A stretch of 64,000 nt of DNA, from assembly GCF_000281045.1 (NCBI RefSeq), contig NW_008246071.1, positions 433,912-497,911 on the forward strand, read 5' to 3'. Below, piece by piece: positions 46,001 through 57,340 of the stretch (position 1 is the first letter of the stretch; the number at the start of each line of letters is the position of its first letter). Position numbers and translations under genes: made by a program. The notes under the pieces are model-generated. The model was not told the origin of the DNA and did no database searches. It saw only the letters and a list, made by a program, of their open reading frames with translations. The DNA is from Saprolegnia diclina VS20 (taxonomy: Eukaryota).

Positions 46001-49000
46001 CGGTCCTGAGTTGCTGTTGCGTGCCACTGCCAGATGCGCCGCTGCAGACTCCACTGCAGGTAGTGCTCGGACGCCGCTCGCTTCGTGAGCGCTTTGGCCG
46101 TGAAGGCACGCCATACCTGCAGCACGCGGCCAGCAATCACGCTGGAGCGGTACCCTAAACGCTCCGTGACCTCTTTCCGAAGCTGTCGCTGCCGTGCCGC
46201 CGTGGCGGCCCAGGCTAGAAACGGGCGGCGGACTTGCTTTTGGCGTCGCCACGCCTACATACCAAGCATAGTTGAGTGCAATTGATGTGTTGTGCCAGGC
46301 GCACCGCTGCTGTGTTGGCGCGTTGTCTGCGGTCGTGCAGCAGGCGGCTGTGAATCCACCAGTGGTGCACCGTGCGGCGCTGCTGGCGCGCCAGGCTTTT
46401 CGTCTGGCCCAACACCATTCGCGACCGACGATGGGCTGTAGCAATAGCTTCTCGCCGCCAGTACACAACACGCTGAGCGACGCGAAACCAAAGCAGGTGC
46501 TCGATGGTCTCGCGCGTACGCACGCGCCGGGCGCGTTGCTGCTGCACGTACTGCCACCACTGGTGCCACAGTCGTCGCTGTAGGCCGAGCAAAAAGTACC
46601 GGCGCGCGTCGGTCGTCTGTGTACGGAGTGCGACGCACGCATGCAGGTGTCGGTGCCAAGATGCAACCGCATGTCGTAGGCGCTGCGTCGCGTACTGTGC
46701 CGGCCACCGTCGCTGGATCTCTTGGCGGTGGCGGACAAAGCGCCAAGCCCGCCACGCGTGCCAAAGGCTGTGGTAAGCGAGGAGCTCGTCCGCGATAGCA
46801 TTCTGCTCGCGGGTATGCACAGCGCACGTCACAAACGCGACCCAGCGACGAAAACACCGGCGCCAAAGCGTGCTTGCCAGCTGCGACTGCGCACGACGTC
46901 GGCGTGCGTTCGCGACAGCGAGTACAGGCGTCAGCGTCTTCCAGCGTCCCAGAATGCGCCGGAGAAGCGCGCGGGCGTAGTGCACGAGCGCGCGTCGGCG
47001 AGCGCGCCGGGCAAGAGTAAAGAATCCCCACGGCTTGAAACACCGGTTGAGCACTCGGATGCGGTAGAGCTGGTAGGCTCTTAGCAGTAGCGCGTACCGA
47101 GCGCGCAGTGCTCGATGCAGGGCGACCCAGTGCCGCCACGTCTTTTGCAGCCATCGGTTCCGGCGGTGCGCGTCACGCGTCTTCATCGTCGCGGCAAGGA
47201 ATCGCTGCCGCGCGGCCCAGCGCTGCCACGCGTGAAAACAGTGGAGGCCTTGCTGGTACCGCGTGTGCTCGGCCAAGTCCATGCCAAGCACTGCGAGTCT
47301 CCACGTGTACAGGCCATACGCCTTTGCTCTGCGCACATGTGTCGCTCGCAGTGCAACGACTTGCGCCGCCGACGCCTGCGTCCTGGCCACGCATCGTCGC
47401 CAAGCATCAAAGAGCGCATCGAGCCGTCGTCGTCGTCGATTCGAGCGCAGCAGTGACGAAATACGGTGGTAGCCAGCTTTGGTTGTCGCCCAGCTCCGCC
47501 ACGCATGGAGGATGCGGTGCTTGCGCTCCGCGTTCCATCGTGCGTGCAGTCGCTCGCTTCGAAGCGCGAGGTACCGTCGCCGGTGGGCTATATCGCGCCA
47601 TCGCGTCAAGTGCCGTCGCAAAAACCGGCGATCGTAATCCCATGCAGCGTCCTCCTCCCGACGCCTGGCGTCGAGGATGGCGCGCACCCGCCTACGCATA
47701 AACCACATCAACTCGCCGTCGCTTCGAGCCTAACGTACCGGCGCCAATGCGTCATCGCGGTGTGCGTCATTGCGCAATTGTGGTGCAAAATTGCAGTGCG
47801 AGTGCACAGCACGTCCGTGTAGACGGCCCGCCACGCACGGAACGCTGCGAGTTGCAGCACAGTGCTGCGGTGTGCGACAGCCATGTCGACATTGACGCGC
47901 TGCTCGTCGCACAAAACCAAGTACGCGCGCCAGTGGCCCGCGATACGATGCAAGAGGCGTCGGTGCGCGTGCCTCTCGGCCTTGGCGTCGAGGTACATGG
48001 CGTGGCGTCGAAGGTGCAAGAACCGGCGCCAGTACCGAAACACCGCTTTTTGGCGCCCGCGCACATACCAGTGCAGCGCAATGCTGGACGCGTGTCGACC
48101 TTGCAGCACGTTCTGCACGTAACGTCGCCAGCGACTGAGCCCGGCGCGCTGGGCGACAACATAGCGCGCCTGCCGCTCCGCCTCCAAGTCGATCGCGGCG
48201 ATCTCGTGCCAGGCGAGAAACACCCGGCGCAGCGTGCGTCGGTGCACAAACGCGATGGCGATCGTGCGCTTGTATCGACTACGCGCGCGGTGCTTGGCGT
48301 ACGTCGAGAAGGTGCAAAGCACGCGCCGCATCTGTCGAGACGCGCGTTGCGACTGCGCGAAAAAGACAAGCACACGTTGGCGCTGGCATCGTGCTGCGCG
48401 CGCCAGCCATCGGCGCCATCGACCTGCCAAGAGTCGTTGCGACGTCCTTTCCTGCACCTGCACGCCGCAGAGATGAATTGACGTGACATGGTGCCACGTG
48501 TGCACAATTGTCGTCAGGAAGCTATGCCGGTAATGGCGACGGGCGTCCGTCGACTTGCGCTTTGTCATACTCGTGCGTCGCCAGCCAACGAGCGCAAGCG
48601 CGAGGAGCCGCGTGCTGGCGTGGTCGACGGCCAGCGCATATTGCGCTTCACGTGCAGGACGCGTTGCCTCGGTGCGCGCCCGCCACCGCCGAAACGGGTG
48701 GCAGAGCAATGCGAATCGTGATTTTGCCGGCTCAACCGCATGCGTCGGAGGTCGCGTTTGCTCGTGCCGGGCTCGGAGCAGCGACTGCCGTCGACGTTCG
48801 CTTTGGGCGTCGGCGATGGCGGTGGGTTTTCGGGTTGGCGCAGGGCGTATGAGCCGGCGACGTTGGACGTCGCGCATGTCGTCGGAGCTCTCGTCGCTCG
48901 ACTCTGCAGCTACGGAGTGGGCGTTCTTTTTCTGCTGCTGGTGGCGCTGGAGAAGACTGTGGTTGCTCGCGCGGCGACTCTCGGCGCGGATCGCACTGAG

Positions 49001-49258
49001 CGTCTTGTGCTTCTGCAGTTGGATGGCGGTGATGCGGCGCCATTGATCAAAGAATGCGGCCGTTTGCTTTTGCCGCCAGTAGTAGAGCGCGACAAGGTTT
49101 TGCTGTGTGTCTTCTTGGAGCGCATGCTGAAGGCGCGTCGGCGCGGTCTTGGCGAGCTTGAAGCGTGGCGGGTGCGGGGACGACAACGACTGCCGGCGCT
49201 GCATCGTCGCCTGCATGTGCAGGTACAACTCGTGCTCGTCCGATGAACTGGAGCTCAT
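43040..49258 (-). CDS. SFI1: Sfi1-like centrin-binding repeat protein; multi-exon
   Basis: Dozens of Arg-rich repeats of the type A..H....LLR..F..W across consecutive long minus-strand ORFs joined by short GT-AG introns. Confidence 0.85.
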
Positions 49259-49860
49259 CGCGCGCGGGACACCGAGTACCGCTGCCCAAGTCAATCTCGC
49301 GTCCTCCGGCGGCAACGAGCGCACCTTGAAAGATCCCAACTGTGTTCTATTGCGTCATCGCAAATATGCGTTTTCACAGGTTATTCCAAGCGCAAGTCCC
49401 ATCCTGGTCATCCCGCGTCTCCAATGAAATCAATTGATAGAGTTTATGAGATACAAGAGTAACTCTCGGCGTGTCGAACAACATCTCGCATGCGTCGAAC
49501 AAATGCGTGCAGGCAAAAGCTTCGGCCGGCGATGACAAGGGCGCGTCAGCTACGATCAAGAAAGGCCGACGCTGCAATGGTCAAGACACTCCTACCACGT
49601 TCGCGTTGCGTGTGGGACGTACGACATGTGTTTCTTTGGCTTTCAAATGCGATCTTGCGGAAGTCGTACTCGACACCCTTCTGAATCCTCGGCTTGCGCG
49701 CACCTGCCGAGCTTGATGTGCGGCTCGGGCTCTTGCTGCGTGCGATGATCCATCCCGATAACGTCCTCTATGGTGAGGGAGGGACGTTGCCCAGTTTGCA
49801 CTTGGCGTCCAGTTCGAGAGCCATGACACGGCGCCCGTCTCGATGGGCAACCGCAAGCCG

Positions 49861-49893
49861 GATGCAAGCGGGATGCAAGCGCGATGCAAGCGC
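49861..49893. repeat. Tandem 11-bp repeat x3 (GATGCAAGCG[G/C]) in a divergent promoter
   Basis: gatgcaagcgg gatgcaagcgc gatgcaagcgc. Confidence 0.8.
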
Positions 49894-50044
49894 CTTGGGA
49901 AAGTCCGTTGCGCTGTCGTTCTATTCTTACGCCGCATTTCTTCATCTTTTAATATTGCATACAAAGCTCAAGTCGCCGCTTCATAAAAACGAGCGAGCCT
50001 AGGGAATTGTGTAGTGGCATCATCAGCGCAGCCACAGAACGAGC

Positions 50045-52625
50045 ATGGCGTCGCTTGGTCCCAAGACTGCGCTCGACGAGCACCGCTCGGGCGACGATGG
50101 CCGGACCACGCCGCGCGCCTCGTCTCGCACGGGGAAAGCGCCAGCAGCAGTTGGCGCCAAGCTGCACCCGGCGCACCAGCGGCTGGCGCCGACTAAGAGC
50201 AGCATCCCGCGCCCGTACTTCTTAAACTACCAAGGCCAAGGCGCCGCGGCGCCGCCGCCCGAGGCTGGCTGGCATCCGACGGTACAGCACAACTTTCGCG
50301 GCATTGCACACGATGTACGTACCACTTGCGACGACGACTTGAGATGCAGTGTGCCTATAGTCGCCTCTGTACGCGCGGAAACCGGCCGTCATTGCCCAGA
50401 CCCGCGCCTTCTTTGGTGACGACGAGTCGCCACCGCGCGCAACCAACGACGCAACCTTGCCGCCGTCGTCCCGCGCCTTGACAACGAGCGATCTCTCGAC
50501 GACCGTGGACCAAGCGGCGTTGGCGTCGGCGGTCGACGACGGTGACATTTTGCTGACAAGTGGCCCGATGCTACCGCGCGGCCGCACGCTGCCACCGGCA
50601 CTGAATACAAGCGACTTAGACTCGCCAATGGCCTCGTCGACGGCGTCGACCGCCTCGACGGGCCCGCGGGCGCCGAAGACGCCGTCTGGCACGATCGGCG
50701 ACGACGGCCTCACTGCGTCGCAAAAGGTTCGCATCGGTCTCTCTGGGCTGCTGCTGACGTCCGAAGCCTTTCGCAACTCGACGGGCATCAACACGAGCGG
50801 GCGGTCCTTGCGCGACGCGAGCCCGGGACGGACGCGTGCGCTCAACTTGAGCTCGGCGCCCATCAGTCCCGCAAGCAGCCGGACGTCGAGTCAGGGCTCG
50901 TCCCGCTCGGTGCGCACCGAGGCGCTCGTCGCCAAGCTCATTCCTACAAAGAACAGCGTGCAGGGCCTCATTGGGTACATCAAGGAGCTGCAGTCGTCGG
51001 AAGCGTCGTTGCGAACGCACTTGGACACGATCAAGACCAAGGCCCAGGAAGACCTCGCGGCTTCGTACGGCAAAGTCAACAACCTCGAGTCGAGCATGCG
51101 CGTCATTGAGAACGAGCGGCTGCGCAACGCGATGGAGCTCGAGCGCAAGGCGCGCGAGATTGACGCGCTCCAAGAAAAGATCCGCGCGCTGCGCAAAGCG
51201 ATGGAGGGCCAGATCCCGTCGACGATGCTCAGTCAGCTCACGCCGCTCGGCTCGCCCGAGACAGGGACTGCCGCGTTTGATGGCTTTACGTTTGAGGAGT
51301 CGCCCACCCATGCCAAGGACCCCAGCAGCGATGGTGGTCCGGCGACGCCCACCGCCATCACACTGGAGACCTCGGCTCCTCCGAGCCCCAGTCCACCGTC
51401 ACCCAAGGCGGTGCTTGATGCGTTTGCGCCAACGCGGCCGCCAGCTCCGTTTGTCATGACGAGCGACGCGTTTGCACAAGACCCGCCGGTGGTGCTGAGT
51501 GCGCAGACGTCGCCGAGGACGCCGAGCGAAGACGTCGCCCGCGCCTTGACGTCGTGCTTGCCGCGCACCCAGACGTCGTCGCCGAGGCTCAAGGCGGCTC
51601 CTGTCGCACCGACTGTCGAGTATCCCCCTGCGCCGATTTTGACGCTACCCTCGGTGGCCCCGCTGCCTCGCGCCACGCCTTTTGTGCCGCCCGCCACCAG
51701 CACCACGCCACCGACTGTCGTTTCTCCCCATCCAGCTGCGCAGTCGCCACAGTCGCGCTCCGTGGCCCGCCCGCCGCTGCACCCGTCGTCGACGTCCCCG
51801 ACCAACAATACGCCGCAGACATCGAGAAGCATCGCTGCGAGGTCGCCGCCGACGTCGCCGTCTGCTGGTGAAGGGCAGACACTATCGCAACTGCTCACGG
51901 ACTTCTACAAGTCGCACCAGCCCGACAAGCTCAAGGACGTCAAGCACATTGTCAAGACCTATACGGGCAAGGAGCACGACTTGCTGCAGCTCCTTCAAGT
52001 CAAGTACGGTGCCCGAAGCATCCAAAAGCTCGCCGCCGGGCTTGCCATCGTGCCTCTGCCCCGAGGTGCAACGCCTCTGTCGACGGCAACAAATGAATGG
52101 TTTCCGATTCGGTTGCTCGCAGCGGCGTCGGCCATGGGCTGTCTTGGTCTCGTCTGGTGCGGTGCAGCGTCGCACCTCGACTGCACGTCGGTGACCCCTG
52201 TCTCACCCGCGTACTGCGCGCGCTGGACGGCGACCACCGATGCGTTCTGGGCCCGCGCCGACACGGACACGGCGTGGGACGTCCTGGCACTCCTCCCTGC
52301 TGCCCGCGAGACGGTGGCTGCCGTCACGAGCGGCGTATGGGGCAACTCGGTCGACCGCAGCGCCCGCGCATGGCGCCACGTTCAGTCGATGGACATGCCC
52401 ACAATGACGACCGCGCTTCAGGATGGCGCGCAGGCGTTCCAAGCGCTCGTGACAGGGTCGTCAACGGCGCAATGTACCACCAAGAAGACGAGCCTCCCCG
52501 AGACGCTGGTCGTCCCCGGCGGCGGTACGTTGCACCGCGCGTCGATGGACCCCGTGGTGTTTGCCGTCCACGCTTCGCTCAACGAGGTCGATGCGCTCGC
52601 TGTCCGTGAGATGCAGTGGCTATAA
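50045..52625 (+). CDS. Uncharacterised protein: coiled coil, Pro/Ser/Thr-rich linker, small helical motif (LTDFYKSHQPDKL...KYG), hydrophobic segment; 2 exons
   Basis: 722-codon ORF joined to an upstream ATG exon by a GT-AG intron near 50315-50360. Confidence 0.75.
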
Positions 52626-52697
52626 GCCCCTCTTCTTGTGAATTCATTGTGCTTTGCTATTTAGTCGTTGGCTCTATTTTTAGTTTTAGTCTAGTAC

Positions 52698-55129
52698 ATG
52701 GAAAGGCGGCCGCGCACCGAGGGCGGGCTTGGCAACGCCGCTAGCTCGCTGCTTCGGAGCTGCGCGAGCGCACCGAACGGGCTCACGCAGACCGCGCGCC
52801 TCGTGGGCCGGTCGTGGAACTTTCGCGCCAAGCAGCGGCGCAAGTTTAGCATCCCGGGCGGCGACGACGATACAAACAGCGCTGCTACGACGTGGAAGCC
52901 CGGAACCAAGGCGCTGAATGCAGGCCGGCGCTTTGACATTACGCAAGAAGACAACGCGCAGTCGTTCGACGAGCTCTTCCAGCGCGAAATTGTCAAGATG
53001 CCAGCGCGCATGGTACGCGCAAATGCAAGCATCTACCCGAGGACGAGATATGGACCCCGACACGTAGGAGCTAGCGTCGCAAGCGGACGAGCTCATTTCG
53101 ATCATCTCCAAAGCCCAAGTGAGCCAGCGCCACCACACCTTACGAGCGATCAAGGCCACCAATACCGACGAGGCCCCGAGCGCCGAGGACGCGGTCAAAG
53201 CCGAGGTCATCTTCAAGTACCGCTGTCTCGTGGGCCGCGATGTCGACTTTGTGCAAATGCTGCCAGGCTACGCAAACAACGCGCTCAACGCCAAGATGCT
53301 CGCGCTTGGCCAGCGCTACCACGCCAACGACTATGCGTAGAACCTCGGCTGATGCGTCGTTTTGTTGGTTGAAAGAGCATGGCGTAGCGCGTGCTTGGCC
53401 GAGTTTGAACAGTGCTGGGACATGAACGCCGAGGCAATCAACAGGCCAACGCTGTTGTACGACCGCGCCATCTTGCTCGGGCACGTCGGCGACTTTAAGC
53501 GGGCCATGGCCGAGCTCAACGAAGCCATCAAAGTCGACAACGAAGATCCGCGCTACTTCAAGCTCCGGAGGTACCCACGTTACGGCAAACGCGCTCAAGC
53601 CTCTCGTAGCATCTTGTGGCGGCTGCAAGAAAAGTACATTGAGGCTGCGAAAGACTCGTCGCGCGCCCACGCGATTCACTTGAGCAAATCCAAGCACCGC
53701 CAGCACTCGACGATGCTGAAAAAAGTGGCCAAAGCCGTGTCCGTGAGCGGCCACGCAGTGCGCATCCGTCAACACGACGTCGCTCATGACGGCATGTGGC
53801 TGTAGACGGCACTCAACGCGTTTGACGAAGCGTGCGAGACTCCGATCCAAGTCCGTCCTGTGTTTCAATATATCAACCGCATCGAATTGATTTTTTGGTA
53901 GGAGCGCACGTCGCGCCAGATCCAAGTGCTCGTCGAACAGTCGTACCGCATTCCGTTTCTCGCACGCTTGGACGTCGATCTCTTGCATTTGCTTTGGAAG
54001 TACACGCCCTTATAACTTGCGGAAGGACTATACACTCGTAGGAACCTCACGTACGCAGCGTGGCCCTCCGATACGCGCGTCGTCCTCCCGAGCTCCACCG
54101 TGAGGTACTATGGTGAGAGCATTTGTCATCATAACGAAGTATACGTTAGCTTGTACGTGGTCCTTGAGGGCTCGGTCGCCGTGCAGACTGAGCTCCGTGG
54201 TGCGATCGAAGCCCAGCGAACGCTCGAGGCCGGCAACATTTTTTGCGAAGGGTCGATCTCAGCCAACTTGTGGGCTGCTACGTCGCTCGTTGCCCTCACC
54301 GTACTTGGCTCTGCGCCCAGGTCGCTGGCTGCTGACGATAAGGATAGGCGTCCAAAGTCTTGACGCTCGAGTCGGTCCTTTACAAACACACGCTGCGCAA
54401 TATAATGCTCGAGGGCGCGTCGACGCGGGCCCACTTCTTTCGCGACTCTGGGATTTTCGCCTCGTGGAGCGACGACCAGCTCAACACGCTCGGCATTCTC
54501 TCCGAGCAGCTCGAGTACGCGGCGCGCGAGACCATTGTCACCGAAGGTACTTGGCGTATCGTGTGCGCATGCTTATGAAGGTGGCCAGGCGCCCCGGCGC
54601 TGCATTTGTACTTTGTCCGGTCGGGCTATTGCGGTGCGATTCGAATGCTCCAACAACACCCGATCCAAGTCGGGTCCGTCTCGTCCGGCGACGTCTTTGG
54701 CGAGGTTCCAACTACGATGCAGAGTCGTAAGTGCCAAGTGACGTGCGTAGGCGGCGGTCCTCGACCCGATCGGCGGCATCTTCCCCTTTACGATCACGAC
54801 AGTGACAGTCTGCAAGATCATTCGCATCCAAAAGTCGTTTTTGAACCGCCGGCTGCCGTTCGAGGTGCTTCGCCTTGGCCCGATTGACGCAGCGATTCTT
54901 GCCAAGATTGAAAAGCTCTCGGTGCGGTGTCCGGCCGACAAAGTCGTACGATGTCCCACGTCGATGAGACGCGCGCTGAGATCTTATTGCCGGCTCGTAG
55001 CTCGCGCAAATGATACGCGACAACTGCTCGTGGACGCTCAAGCGCGAAAAGGTACTGCATCGGCTCATCCAAGAAAACGCCAAAAGCACCGGCAAGCATC
55101 TCCTCTTGCCGTCGGTCCATCCGCGCTAA
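52698..55129 (+). CDS. TPR + tandem cyclic-nucleotide-binding (cNMP) domain protein; multi-exon
   Basis: TPR-like LLYDRAILLGHVGDFKRAMAELNEAIKVD; cNMP-like LYVVLEGSV...LEAGNIFCE and ETIVTEG...LYFVRSG...VSSGDVFGE; stop at 55127-55129. Confidence 0.75.
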
Positions 55130-55193
55130 GTTGGCAACGACACGTTTTCTATTGATTTCTACTCCACCGAGGTACTACACGGAGAGGACGCGG

Positions 55194-55253
55194 GGCGCAT
55201 CTCAGGGACGTCACACTCTTGCGAGTTGCGTGGCGCCCCGTCATTCGCAGCCA
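55194..55253 (-). ncRNA. Type II eukaryotic SECIS element in the 3' UTR of the selenophosphate synthetase gene
   Basis: RNA: ggcugcga-AUGAC-GGGGCGCCACG-c-AA-CUC-GCAA-GAG-UGUGACGUCCC-UGAG-augcgcc; GA/GA core, 11-bp helix II with one mismatch, apical AA, mini-stem with GCAA loop; about 90 nt downstream of the stop. Confidence 0.92.
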
Positions 55254-55338
55254 CCAAGGCGACCCAGGCGGCTTGAACTACTCAAAAACAAGCCACGCCG
55301 GGCGCCAGCACGTCATATCCCGCCCTTCTTCGTTGGTC

Positions 55339-56854
55339 CTAAATCTCGACAAAGGTCACATCCGGCGTCAACCGAGCTTGCTTGGTGCCGGGAACGACAC
55401 GGCCGACGACCCACGCCGGCTGCATGTCGAGGGCAGCCAAGTCGTCGATAAACGCCTGCAGTCACATTGAACAAGGAAAACATACTCGCTGTTTGCGTAC
55501 CTGCGCGCGGTCGGCATCGATCGAGACGAGGAGACCGCCCGACGTCTCGGACGAAAAGCCGAGCTGGAGCCGCCATTGGCACTTGAACGCTTCGTTCACC
55601 GCGAGCATGTCCTTGATGACCGGTAGCGTGTGCAGCTCGAAGTCCACGTCGGCCTTTTGCGACGTCGCCATGTTCCTAGCAAAACAAAAACATTCGAGCG
55701 TCAACCACAGTATAGATAATGGCGTACTGCGCGTGCCCGAGGATGCCAAAGCCCGTGACGTCCGTCGCCGAGGTCACGCCGTGCTAGGTAACGTCACTGC
55801 AATGGCGGAGCCTATGGAAAGGGGTACCTTGTGCATGAGCTTGGCGCCGTTCACGTTCAGCCGGCTCATCGACTCAGACGCCACGCTGAACGCGCGGTCG
55901 GCCATGTCCCGTGTCAAGAAACTCTCAACCTTGGACCAGCGCGCGGGCTGGTCCTTCATCTGATATGCGTTGACGGCGAGCTGCGTGCTATGATAGACAG
56001 TGCAGCGTGAGGCAAAGCGAGGAGAAGGTTGGCATCGCACCCCAGCGGCTTGGTGAGCACGAGGACTTGTCCGGTGGTGGCATTTTCCGGTCGAATGATC
56101 TCCGACTCTAGCGAATGGTAAGAACGTGTCAATGGGAGAATGGAGTGCGTACCGGCGCGAACGCTCATGGCAACGCCGCCGACGATCGGCCACGGGTTCA
56201 TGACCGTTTGGCCGCCCGTGACGTTGGTGCCAGCTTCGCGCGCAAGGTCGTTGAAGCCGTGGATGAGCTGCGTCGTCACAACGTCGCGCTCGAGGTCCGT
56301 CATCGTGCGCGAGACGCCGAGAATCATGAGCATCGTGTCGACTTCGGTGACGCCCATCGCGTACAGGTCCGAGAGCACATTGGCGCAGGCAATGCGGCCC
56401 TACATCCACGCACGCATGAGCTCTCTGTGCACCGGGTCTTAATGATAAAGTACTTGGACGTAGGGATCTTGGACTAGCGGGTAGAAGAAATCGGTGGTGG
56501 AAATCATGTAGAGGTCTCCAAATTTGGGGTGTTTGATCTTGACGACGCTCGAGTCCATGCCCGGCGTCTACGTCGCAGCGACATCGTTAGCGCAAGAGTG
56601 CATATGCTACACGCTAGTACCTCGTTGGGTTTGAGGTCGTTGGCTATCCCAGAGATGTAGGAGAGTAGTTTTTCCTGGGGTAGCTTGCAGCCTCAGCCTT
56701 TCAGCGCGCTAAAGTCCGTGAGCCGAAAGTCTTCGCGCAGCCCGTGATCCGTGGGGTTGAAGGGCGCGCGCTCGAGCTTGGGCCGCTTGAGCTCGCGCGC
56801 AAGGACGGCCTCGACCGCGCGCGCGGCGGCGCTGCCATCGTCGCCTGCTTCCAT
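55339..56854 (-). CDS. SPS2: Selenophosphate synthetase (SelD/SPS2), a selenoprotein with Sec at codon 54; multi-exon
   Basis: [14 protein letters not shown](56693-56695)[82 protein letters not shown]; stop TAG at 55339-55341. Confidence 0.96.
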
Positions 56855-57340
56855 CACCCAACGACGAAAGGCAAACTCAGATCTGCTCGCACCAATCACA
56901 GCCGCCAACGGTCATTTTATTACCGAGATATCGGATCGCTGCCTTCACTGGTGTTCGCGACCGCGTGGTCTGAGGCCCTCGGCGCGCACTGTCGACCAAC
57001 GCTCTATGCACAGCACGTCCATGTCGTCTCTACCTTGCACTTCTTCTGAGGCAGACTCTCATGATGGTCGTTGCGCCGCTACTCGGCAGGATACCGAGGG
57101 TTTGATATCGGCCATAAACTGATTCCTGCCGACGGATCAACGCGGTGCTGCCACATGCTGGCTTTGGATTGGCCAAAAAGCTGTCGAATGGCCGTTACTA
57201 TATTAAAATACGATGGTGTGCCAATTGCATACAAATCCAAGGTGGGAGCTCGGGTCTTTATAAAAATATGGCGTCGGGATTAAAAATACTTGCTCGCCCA
57301 ACGTGCACATTTGCTGGGTCCCCACCTTGGAGCAAGTAGC

